IMG/VR virus record: IMGVR_UViG_3300017540_000272
Location: 1 to 29,902 of that record
Reading direction: 5' to 3' (one strand)
Source of the DNA: a virus
Taxonomy: Duplodnaviria; Caudoviricetes
DNA: 29,902 nt
The stretch's first letter is position 1. Each line of letters begins with the position of its first letter. This document shows, piece after piece, positions 1 through 6,624 of the stretch. The translations under genes were made by a program, and so were the position numbers. The notes below the pieces were generated by a model. That model searched no databases, was not told where the DNA came from, and saw nothing but the letters and a program-made list of their open reading frames with translations.

Positions 1-588
1 ATGATTGACATTCGCAAACTTGCCACCGCTGCCCTGTTCACCGCGATCTCCGTCACGCTGCTCAGCGGGTGCACACCAGACGAACCCCCGGTAGCACCCA
101 ACGTTGAGTCCGCAGTCGAGGAAGAACCCTCCGAGGAAATCACCCTGTCCGAGCGCGGCAACGTGATCAAGAAGGTCGGAGAAGGCGCGAACATCACCAA
201 CAAGGACGGCGAGGAACTCATCGTCTTCGGTGTGGACAGCATCGAACTTGACCCCGGCTGCACCAACGCTGAGGCCATGGAACCCGAGAATGGTCACTTC
301 CTCGTGGTCAGCATGACAGCAGAAACAGGGCCATCGTTCGAAGGCTACGAAGTGCATCTGGCAAACGACTGGAAAGTCATTGCCGAGAACGGCACCACCG
401 TGAACTCTGACCCGCACACGTACGCCGCGACCACATGCATGAACAGCACCGAAACAATCCCGCTCAACATTGGACGGTCGGAGAAGCTCAACGGGAAGGT
501 TGTCCTCGACGTGCCGGTCGAAGCCGGCTACCTCGTACTGTCGATAGCGACCGGTGACGGCTGGGAGTGGCAGTTCCCCGAAAGCTAA
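1..588 (+). CDS. Lipoprotein (DUF4352-like beta-rich fold possible); candidate superinfection-exclusion or envelope accessory protein
   Basis: Basic N-terminus, hydrophobic stretch and lipobox LSG-C24, then an acidic Pro/Glu linker and a C-terminal GWEW motif. The ORF starts at base 1, so the upstream context is not visible. Confidence 0.75.
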   Translation: MIDIRKLATAALFTAISVTLLSGCTPDEPPVAPNVESAVEEEPSEEITLSERGNVIKKVGEGANITNKDGEELIVFGVDSIELDPGCTNAEAMEPENGHFLVVSMTAETGPSFEGYEVHLANDWKVIAENGTTVNSDPHTYAATTCMNSTETIPLNIGRSEKLNGKVVLDVPVEAGYLVLSIATGDGWEWQFPES

Positions 589-690
589 ACGATCGCCTAG
601 AATTGGCGCGGAAAGAGGAGGGCCGAGCCAAGCACAACGAGTCTCACAGTCGGACGCAACCGCGTCCGCGTGTCTACCAGGAGACTCGAA

Positions 691-1407
691 ATGCTGCATG
701 CCCTTGCCCGCCTCACGAAACCACACACCGTCACCCTCGAACGCGACGACGGAACGGAAACAACCGGCCACGCGGCACCACTGATACAACAACTCCGAGA
801 CGCGATCTTTGGTGAAGACGGACGCAACGGCGGGGTGGCTGAGTCGCGTGCACGCCTCCCCCTGTCCGCGCCCGCGCTCGACCTGTACCAGTGCATCGAC
901 GACTGGATCACGGAGGTGTGGGTGCAGCGGTTCCAGCGTGTCCCCGGCATCGAACATCCGGAGCACCTACTCGCAGAGTGGGCTGAAGGGCTCGAACCCG
1001 ACACGCTCGTCATCTATACGGTGAAGAAGACTGTGCCAACCACGAAGGGTGTCCGCGTCGAGCCCGAACTGACCACCACCACGGTTGCCGAGTTCATCAC
1101 CATGCTTGCCGAACGGATCGTCGCACTACTGGAGCGACCAACCGTGCAGGTGCCCGTGAAGGGACCATGTCCTGCGCCTGGGTGCTGGGCAACCACGGTG
1201 ACACGCCGGGTCGACGGTGACCTGGTGACTTCCCCCACGCTCGAGTTCACGCGCGAGCAACTCACCGGCGACACTCTGTCGGTGTCGTGCCAGTCGTGCG
1301 GAGCGCACTGGGATCGCACCGAGTTCCGCACGTTCGCGGAAGCGCTCGCAATGACAGAACGTGGCGTTAAACCTCACCAGTTCGAAATGCTGCACGCGGC
1401 CACGTGA
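691..1407 (+). CDS. Conserved actinophage Cys-rich protein with C-terminal Zn-binding motifs; candidate late transcription regulator or antiterminator
   Basis: SD AGGAG at 679-683 precedes ATG 691 (track start is GTG 670). Motifs CPAPGC and CQSC..W. It lies directly before a promoter-terminator-tRNA block. Function is inferred. Confidence 0.65.
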   Translation: MLHALARLTKPHTVTLERDDGTETTGHAAPLIQQLRDAIFGEDGRNGGVAESRARLPLSAPALDLYQCIDDWITEVWVQRFQRVPGIEHPEHLLAEWAEGLEPDTLVIYTVKKTVPTTKGVRVEPELTTTTVAEFITMLAERIVALLERPTVQVPVKGPCPAPGCWATTVTRRVDGDLVTSPTLEFTREQLTGDTLSVSCQSCGAHWDRTEFRTFAEALAMTERGVKPHQFEMLHAAT

Positions 1408-1410
1408 TCA

Positions 1411-1419
1411 TGATAAAAT
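1411..1419 (+). promoter_or_regulatory. Extended -10 promoter (TGnTAAAAT), putative late promoter
   Basis: TGATAAAAT lies just after the stop of 691..1407; the -35 is poor. Confidence 0.55.
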
Positions 1420-1453
1420 CTCAAGCATCCACTACAAGTCTGTAGTTTTTCGG

Positions 1454-1483
1454 GAAGCCTCGGTTCGTTGCCGGGGCTTTTCT
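1454..1483 (+). terminator. Promoter-proximal intrinsic terminator
   Basis: Stem GAAGCCTCGG/CCGGGGCTTT followed by a T-rich tail, preceded by the small hairpin ACTACA-AGTC-TGTAGT (1431-1446). Confidence 0.6.
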
Positions 1484-1489
1484 CATTCT

Positions 1490-1985
1490 TGCCCCGCATG
1501 GCCTGGAATCCTGTGGGGTGACTCTGTACCGCATCTGACGCGGTCACCTCACCCTCGTGTCGCACACCACGACGGTGAGAGCCTGCACGGGATAGGTTGT
1601 TGGCCCGGTGGCAGGCACCAAGCCCCTGATGGTCACCGGCCCGATGGTTGCTACGCGCATCACACCGCAATCGCGGTGAGGGCCAGCATTAGGCGCGAGG
1701 TTCGATTCCTCGCAGGGGCGCGGCAGCGAATGGTCGGCCAACCGGACGCTGTTAGGGAATGGCGGAGTGCCGAAACCCGCGGGTTGTTGTGCCCAACGGC
1801 GGAGGTAACGCGCGCATCAAAAGGCGCAATGCTGACGCTCGACAATGCTCAAATGAGTGAGTCGAGGTTGCTGTTAGCGACGTGGGTAGCTCCACTGAAC
1901 GCGCCGAGTCGTCGCCGACAGGATGCGGCCAGTGAGTTTCATAGGCTTGAAGCAACACTCACTGCGGGGCCTCAAGAACCCCTTC
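1490..1985 (+). ncRNA. Large structured non-coding RNA candidate (GOLLD-like), with an embedded tRNA-like domain
   Basis: No credible ORF. Dense hairpins, including GCGACG...CGTCGC enclosing GTGG-GTAGCT-CCAC, CTCGAC/GTCGAG and CAGTGAGT/ACTCACTG. Adjacent to a tRNA in a phage. The GOLLD resemblance is from recalled motifs and context, not a search. Confidence 0.5.
1622..1720 (+). ncRNA. tRNA-like element (acceptor stem plus T-arm, non-canonical interior)
   Basis: Perfect 7-bp stem GCCCCTG (1622-1628)/CAGGGGC (1713-1719) stacked on T-arm CGAGG-TTCGATT-CCTCG. The interior forms a GGCCC/GGGCC stem with two hairpins instead of D and anticodon arms. Confidence 0.6.
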
Positions 1986-1991
1986 CCACTT

Positions 1992-2064
1992 GTCTCCGTA
2001 GCTCAATTGGTAGAGCGCCGGTCTCCAAAACCGGAGGTTGCAGGTTCGAGCCCTGCCGGATTCG
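1992..2064 (+). tRNA. tRNA-Trp(CCA) with two acceptor-stem mismatches; CCA end not encoded
   Basis: D-arm GCTC-AATTGGTA-GAGC; anticodon arm CCGGT-CTCCAAA-ACCGG (CCA at 2025-2027); T-arm GCAGG-TTCGAGC-CCTGC; discriminator G. Confidence 0.85.
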
Positions 2065-2168
2065 CGAACGCGCTGCGCGTCTATCGAGGCCCGGCTGAGC
2101 CCGCGTATGCGAATCAGCACACATTCTTGCCCGCGCCACTCGATCAGCACACCACACACAACCGCGAG

Positions 2169-2381
2169 GTGAGCGCGGGCAGATTCTTACGGCGGTGCGA
2201 GGTGCTTGACCATGATGAACCCACACCTAACGCGGACGGTATTCGCGCAAAGGTCCGCGCGGCACTCGCTGACCACGTTGACGAGCTGGAACGCGGCGAC
2301 TTCAACGAAGGCATGAGGCGGCTGCACGCGGAATTGGAACCGCTGCGGCAGCGTGCGCTTGCGCTGGGTCAATTGGCTTGA
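2169..2381 (+). CDS. Small hypothetical helical protein (start uncertain, 2169 or 2202)
   Basis: This is the 3' part of track ORF 1923..2381 downstream of the tRNA; the amphipathic sequence looks protein-like. Confidence 0.35.
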   Translation: MSAGRFLRRCEVLDHDEPTPNADGIRAKVRAALADHVDELERGDFNEGMRRLHAELEPLRQRALALGQLA

Positions 2382-2405
2382 TCGCTTGTAGTATGTGGAT
2401 ATGCT
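2378..2405 (+). promoter_or_regulatory. Putative sigma-A promoter of the TA operon
   Basis: TTGATC-16 nt-TATGCT upstream of the SD GAGGA. Confidence 0.4.
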
Positions 2406-2421
2406 TGCGAGGACGGCTGCC

Positions 2422-3060
2422 ATGGATGACATTATGAGCATCCCGATCTACTCGCAATCCGAAGTCGCATCGATTCTCGGTGCTCCACAGTCGTCGCTGC
2501 AACGTTGGGCGAGTGGCTACCGGACGACACACGGCACACTGATGCCACCGATCATCACCGCGGAGAGCGGTCGAGGCTTCAAAGTTCCCTTCGTAGGTCT
2601 CGCTGAAGCGTTCATTGTGCGCGCCTTTACGCGTGCCGGAGTCCCGCTGCCGCGCATCCGAGAGACAGTGGAAGTACTCCGCAAGGAGATCGGGCTAGAG
2701 AATGCCTTAGCCAGCGAAAGGCTCCAAACTGACGGGGCCGAGATCTTAATGAATTTCACGGACGGTGACACGCGACTCGTGGTGGTGCGCAACAAGCAGG
2801 CAGCATTCGGGGAAATCGTGAATGCTCATCTCAAGCAGATCGACTACTTCGACGGCTTCGTCGGCCAAGTCCACTTCCCAGATCGGAAGATCTTCGTGGA
2901 CCCCCGAGTCAACTTCGGGCAGCCAACCGTTAAGGACATTGGTGTGCGCGTTTCCGACATAGTGGATCGAGCCCGGGCCGGCGAAGACAGTGCGTCGCTT
3001 GCGCAGGATTTCGGAATGCCAGTGCAATCAGTTCAAGAGCTTCTTCTTACCGCTTCATAA
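2422..3060 (+). CDS. VapB45-like (Rv2018-like) antitoxin: N-terminal HTH plus C-terminal DUF433
   Basis: IYSQSEVASILG..SSLQRW HTH, F.GLAEAFI, and VDPRVNFGQP..IGVRV.DI..R.RAGE...LAQDFG (DUF433 pattern). SD GAGGA precedes ATG 2422. Confidence 0.85.
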   Translation: MDDIMSIPIYSQSEVASILGAPQSSLQRWASGYRTTHGTLMPPIITAESGRGFKVPFVGLAEAFIVRAFTRAGVPLPRIRETVEVLRKEIGLENALASERLQTDGAEILMNFTDGDTRLVVVRNKQAAFGEIVNAHLKQIDYFDGFVGQVHFPDRKIFVDPRVNFGQPTVKDIGVRVSDIVDRARAGEDSASLAQDFGMPVQSVQELLLTAS

Positions 3061-3068
3061 GAGATACC

Positions 3069-3467
3069 TTGACGACATTCTTTATCGACCGGAGCCTCGG
3101 CGGGCAGCTCATTCCGCATGCACTGCGAGCCTCGGGATGGGATGTCGTCACGATGGCAGAGCGCTACGGTCATGACGTTGGCGAGCGGCTTGAGGACCCT
3201 GACTGGATTCGAGATGCATCCGAGAACGGCGAAGCGATTCTCTGCAAAGACAAGATGATCGCGAGGCGTCCTATCGAAGCACGCACCGTGCACATGTGCG
3301 ATGCTCGTGTCTTCGCCATGGGGAGCGGAATTCTGACCGGACAGTCAATGATTGAGCGAATCATCGCTCACGAGAAAAGGATCATGCAATTATGCTCAGC
3401 AAAGGGGCCGTTCGTTGCGCTGATCCACGAAGACAAGGTAGTGCGCACCAAGCTCGGCTACCCATGA
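3069..3467 (+). CDS. VapC45-like PIN-domain toxin
   Basis: FFIDRSLG..L..GWDV, DPDWI and AILCKD acidic motifs typical of this PIN subgroup; immediately downstream of the DUF433 antitoxin. Confidence 0.85.
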   Translation: MTTFFIDRSLGGQLIPHALRASGWDVVTMAERYGHDVGERLEDPDWIRDASENGEAILCKDKMIARRPIEARTVHMCDARVFAMGSGILTGQSMIERIIAHEKRIMQLCSAKGPFVALIHEDKVVRTKLGYP

Positions 3468-3488
3468 TGAAAATGCAGACTCGATGTC

Positions 3489-3524
3489 GAACCCCGGACT
3501 TATCCCTCCGGGGTTTTCGTGTTT
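3489..3524 (+). terminator. Intrinsic terminator after the TA operon
   Basis: GAACCCCGGA/TCCGGGGTTT stem with a T-rich tail. Confidence 0.7.
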
Positions 3525-3538
3525 ACAGGGGGTAACGA

Positions 3539-3643
3539 TTGAGCGACGACGCCTACAAGTGCAGCCTCTGCCCTGCCACGTTCCCAGTGCCCAGCTTGAA
3601 GCTCGACCATGAGCTAGTGCATGAGCGCGAAGGCAACCAATGA
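3539..3643 (+). CDS. 34-aa single C2H2 zinc-finger microprotein (not in ORF track)
   Basis: TTG start after AGGGGG. Translates as MSDDAYKCSLCPATFPVPSLKLDHELVHEREGNQ, matching YxC-x2-C-x3-F-x8-H-x3-H. Confidence 0.65.
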   Translation: MSDDAYKCSLCPATFPVPSLKLDHELVHEREGNQ

Positions 3644-3677
3644 GCGACACCCTCCGCACCAACGACGGGAGCGCGTA

Positions 3678-3800
3678 ATGTTCAAGTGCCCTGAATGCCC
3701 GGCCAGGTACACGTCCGAGCTTGCCGCTGAGGAATGCGGCGAACAGGATCGCCTCGAAGCATTGCACGCACGACAAATGCTCCGGGCCCGCGGGAAATGA
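3678..3800 (+). CDS. 40-aa CxxC microprotein (not in ORF track)
   Basis: GGGAG SD. Translates as MFKCPECPARYTSELAAEECGEQDRLEALHARQMLRARGK; the stop overlaps the HNH start (ATGA). Confidence 0.65.
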   Translation: MFKCPECPARYTSELAAEECGEQDRLEALHARQMLRARGK

Positions 3801-4099
3801 GCGGTTGGCAGCAGCGCCCCACGGACAGGCGCGCGACACTCCCCCGCAACTGGACACAGCTACGCCTTGCAAGATTCCGCCTCGACGGGTTCCGGTGCAC
3901 CGCGATACGCGCAGACACAGGCGCACGATGCGAGGCCCCAGCAACGGACTGCGACCATGTGGGCGAAAGGCTCGACCACCGCATCGAGAACCTACGATCC
4001 TTGTGCAGTTGGCATCACAAGCAGGTCACCGCGCAACAGTCCGCACAGGCCCGTAAACGCAAAAAGCCCCAGAAACAGAAACACCCCGGCATCATCTGA
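3797..4099 (+). CDS. HNH endonuclease, terminase-associated type
   Basis: LPRNW..R..DGFRC..C..ATDCDH..DHRIENLRSLCSWHHKQ.T..HPG, the typical actinophage packaging HNH pattern. Confidence 0.9.
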   Translation: MSGWQQRPTDRRATLPRNWTQLRLARFRLDGFRCTAIRADTGARCEAPATDCDHVGERLDHRIENLRSLCSWHHKQVTAQQSAQARKRKKPQKQKHPGII

Positions 4100-4116
4100 C
4101 ACCGGGGTGTTTTTTC
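4079..4116 (+). terminator. Terminator between the convergent HNH and leftward module
   Basis: AACACCCCGG/CCGGGGTGTT stem followed by a T run. Confidence 0.7.
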
Positions 4117-4123
4117 TGTGCGC

Positions 4124-4363
4124 TCACTTCTTCGCGCTTCGGGACTGTTTCGATGGCACGGCAATACGGTTCCCTGAGCCGCGACGGGCACTGTTCCACC
4201 GGTCGATCGTCTCCTCGGACCAGCCGCGCGTTGCCCGCGGCCCCTCTCCGACGATCACGTCCGGCTTCGGAAACGAAACCAGCTTCTCGTATGAGCTGAG
4301 TTCTCCCATCTGCATGCCGACGCGCTCAGCAAACATTTTCTTCGAGTAGTACCGTTTCGCCAT
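4124..4363 (-). CDS. AlpA/excisionase-like HTH DNA-binding protein, probably leaderless
   Basis: YYSKKMFAERVG..SSY..FPKPDVIVG..RGWSEETIDRW. The ATG lies 6 nt downstream of a CATGAT -10 and has no SD. Confidence 0.8.
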   Translation of the reverse strand: MAKRYYSKKMFAERVGMQMGELSSYEKLVSFPKPDVIVGEGPRATRGWSEETIDRWNSARRGSGNRIAVPSKQSRSAKK

Positions 4364-4369
4364 GCTTCC

Positions 4370-4399
4370 ATCATGCGCTACGGATAACTCAATCTGCAA
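4370..4399 (-). promoter_or_regulatory. Promoter (TTGCAG-18-CATGAT) overlapped by operator TCATGCG-N6-ATAAC
   Basis: The operator copy at 4371-4388 matches the three copies at 9477-9566. Confidence 0.65.
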
Positions 4400-4401
4400 G
4401 C

Positions 4402-4557
4402 TCACGGTATTGGCTCCCATCTGTACTGTTCTGCAACTTCGGGTCGGTCGTTCATCAGCGCCGCGCCGGCTTCGGCCTCCGCAACGGTTTCAAAGGGCGC
4501 ACGCCTGAACGCTTCACGGTCGTACACGTACTCGCGTATCTGCACGTACCGGTTCAT
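4402..4557 (-). CDS. Small hypothetical protein
   Basis: MNRYVQIREY...; ATGA overlap with the upstream gene. Confidence 0.55.
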   Translation of the reverse strand: MNRYVQIREYVYDREAFRRAPFETVAEAEAGAALMNDRPEVAEQYRWEPIP

Positions 4558-4871
4558 GCTGACATCCTTACGAGGCGTTCCAGTACTCGCTTCGCGTGGT
4601 CGATGTGCTCGCGGGTTGCGTCGAATGCCGCTGGGAGGTCGCGGCGCAACCATACGAGTTCCCCGCGTGCAAGCTCTGCAATGCTCTTGCTTGGTTGCGT
4701 TTCGCGTCTGTCTCGGAACGCAACCAGGATCGGGTTCGGGTTGTTGTCGAACTCCGGGCGGGGCTTGTGTTCAAAATCTCCGAACTCTTGCCGAGCGTAT
4801 CGACCGCCGCTATTCGGATTCACCCACTGCAGCGGGTCGGTGTTGGTCTTCTGTGAGTTAAACATGGTCAC
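4554..4871 (-). CDS. Hypothetical protein (start 4871 or 4865)
   Basis: GGAGG SD and overlapping stop/start with its neighbours. Confidence 0.6.
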   Translation of the reverse strand: MTMFNSQKTNTDPLQWVNPNSGGRYARQEFGDFEHKPRPEFDNNPNPILVAFRDRRETQPSKSIAELARGELVWLRRDLPAAFDATREHIDHAKRVLERLVRMSA

Positions 4872-5068
4872 GCCTCCCTCGCTTCCCACTCGGTGATATG
4901 CTCGCTCGCCGCTTGCGCGACGCTTGGGCCGTAGGATCGCCCGATAACTTGGCTCGGCATGTCGGGATCGTCAGGGAACCAGCACGTCTCAATTGCGCCG
5001 TCATGTGGCAGTCTGACGGTGCTGTATTCTCCGTTGATGCGGCGCTCAATGACTGGCCGGTCGTTCAT
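4868..5068 (-). CDS. Hypothetical protein
   Basis: AGGAGGT SD and ATGA overlap. Confidence 0.65.
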   Translation of the reverse strand: MNDRPVIERRINGEYSTVRLPHDGAIETCWFPDDPDMPSQVIGRSYGPSVAQAASEHITEWEAREA

Positions 5069-5337
5069 GCACCCACCTCCTTCTGCTTGATCTTGCAATG
5101 CTCGATGTAGTCGGCGAGGTCTTCGGCGTAGTCCTCTGCCGCTTCGGGGTCACCCTCGGCCCATTCCTCGATGAGAATCTGCGCGAGGTCGTGACGGCCT
5201 GCAACTGCGAGCAGATTTGCCAGCGCCTCGGCCTCTGGGTAATTCAGCGACTCATGGAACGAGTCGGCGGGGGTCATGCGCTCGTAAATGCTCACCCACT
5301 GATCGAGCGCAGCGGATACTTCTAATTGCTCTTGCAT
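5065..5337 (-). CDS. Acidic helical hypothetical protein
   Basis: AGGAGG SD; D/E-rich sequence. Confidence 0.7.
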   Translation of the reverse strand: MQEQLEVSAALDQWVSIYERMTPADSFHESLNYPEAEALANLLAVAGRHDLAQILIEEWAEGDPEAAEDYAEDLADYIEHCKIKQKEVGA

Positions 5338-5340
5338 GGC

Positions 5341-5673
5341 TTACGCCTCCTTCGTCTTTTCGTCCCATGCACGCCACAGCCTCATAGCGTGCTCGCGTTC
5401 TGCAAATGCTGCCGCGCGTCTCGTGCGATGCTGCCCGACTTCATCGCGGAAACATGCGCTCTCAAACTTCCCGCTCCTTGTGTGGCGAGCGCTCACAATG
5501 CACCCGCATCCGCCTTGCGGGAAAACGATGTTTACGACGTAGCTGCCGCCGTGCCGCCACGGGCTATAGGCCGGCTCCCAGTCGTCGCGCTCCATTTCGG
5601 CGCGCGCCTGCAACCGGCGCTGCATATTCTCGCGCTCGATACGCGCTACGCGCTCCGCGTTCGTCTCAGTCAT
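5341..5673 (-). CDS. Hypothetical protein
   Basis: GGAGG SD and TAATG overlap; contains PWRHGG.YV..GCGC. Confidence 0.7.
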   Translation of the reverse strand: MTETNAERVARIERENMQRRLQARAEMERDDWEPAYSPWRHGGSYVVNIVFPQGGCGCIVSARHTRSGKFESACFRDEVGQHRTRRAAAFAEREHAMRLWRAWDEKTKEA

Positions 5674-6083
5674 TAGTCAGCCTCCACTTCTTCCCACGGG
5701 CGTTCGCGCTCAATGTCGTCAAGCATCGGCCCGGCGTAGCGGTCCCAGAAGTCATCCGGGTTTTCCTCGATCCACTGAGCGGCGCGCTTGTAGGGCTCTT
5801 CATCCTCAACGCCCCAGTTGTTAGCGCGATCCAAGCAGGCAATAATCGCCGCTCCGTGTAGCGTGCCGTCTGCGTTCGGGTCGCGCTGTGCGCGGTCAGC
5901 TTCGACTGCACGTGCAACTAGCTCACGTAACGCCGTCTCCACGTTCACAGAATCCCCGTTGGCCAACTCCCACGCGAGCGTCGTAATCGCAGACTCATCA
6001 ACCAAGTCCTCGAACACCGGCACATCATGCGCCTGAATAACTTCGTGCGCGGCACGTTCCGCAATCTCATCTATCGGCATCAT
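5673..6083 (-). CDS. Acidic hypothetical protein
   Basis: AAAGGAG SD before ATG 6083. Confidence 0.7.
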   Translation of the reverse strand: MMPIDEIAERAAHEVIQAHDVPVFEDLVDESAITTLAWELANGDSVNVETALRELVARAVEADRAQRDPNADGTLHGAAIIACLDRANNWGVEDEEPYKRAAQWIEENPDDFWDRYAGPMLDDIERERPWEEVEAD

Positions 6084-6094
6084 GGCCGCTCCTT

Positions 6095-6271
6095 TCACGC
6101 AATCCCCACAAGCGGGGCAAGAATCAAAGCAAGCGGCGTGATCGCCGCGAACGCTGCAACCGACAACGTCACGCCCGCAACATCCGCGAGCACAGCACGC
6201 CGCGCCCTGCGACGCTGCAACACCTCGGCCGTTTCACACAACGGCCACTCACTGCCAAGCATCCGGCTCAC
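6095..6271 (-). CDS. 58-aa membrane protein (not in ORF track)
   Basis: GTGA overlap with the upstream gene; an Arg-rich patch followed by the hydrophobic C-terminus VAGVTLSVAAFAAITPLALILAPLVGIA. Confidence 0.55.
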   Translation of the reverse strand: MSRMLGSEWPLCETAEVLQRRRARRAVLADVAGVTLSVAAFAAITPLALILAPLVGIA

Positions 6272-6516
6272 AGCGCCACCTCGAACGCGTGCGCTGCAAC
6301 TACCTGCCAGAACTCTCCCGGCTCAACCGTGCAATAGAAGCCTTGCCGGTTCAGGTGCGTCACACCGCCGGCGTCAACCCCGTCCTCGAACGCAATCACC
6401 CTGTCAGCGATAGCGTCAACATCGAACTCGGCACGCGCGTCCGCAACCATGCCGGACGCCTCGATCGGTGCAATAACCTCAGCCTGCACAGCCTCAGGCT
6501 TTGTCGAATAGAACAT
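6268..6516 (-). CDS. Hypothetical protein
   Basis: Start follows the repeated motif ACCGGGAAGGGGTT; contains EFDVDAIAD..FWQVVAAH. Confidence 0.7.
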   Translation of the reverse strand: MFYSTKPEAVQAEVIAPIEASGMVADARAEFDVDAIADRVIAFEDGVDAGGVTHLNRQGFYCTVEPGEFWQVVAAHAFEVAL

Positions 6517-6624
6517 GATGAACCCCTTCCCGGTCCGTTGTGTGTTTGTGTGCGGTCTGCAAACCGCCGTGCGCTCGCGAGCGCTTGCAACTCGCCGCCC
6601 GGCTCGTCCCGGTAGCGCCACCGC

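Noticed and set aside
567-815. 82-aa ORF bridging the first two genes
   Set aside because: It overlaps both better-supported genes and has low-information Arg/Pro/Thr composition.
1976-1987. GAACCCCTTCCC complementary to the repeated RBS at 6520-6531 (possible antisense control)
   Set aside because: A 12-nt match is expected by chance in 30 kb, and it can pair locally with the GGGG just upstream.
1361-2098. 245-aa ORF and the 5' part of 1923..2381
   Set aside because: They run through a terminator, structured RNA and the tRNA, with no protein-like features.
6025-6041. Fifth operator-like site TCATGCG-N5-ATAAC
   Set aside because: The spacer is one base short and it lies inside a coding region with no evident promoter.
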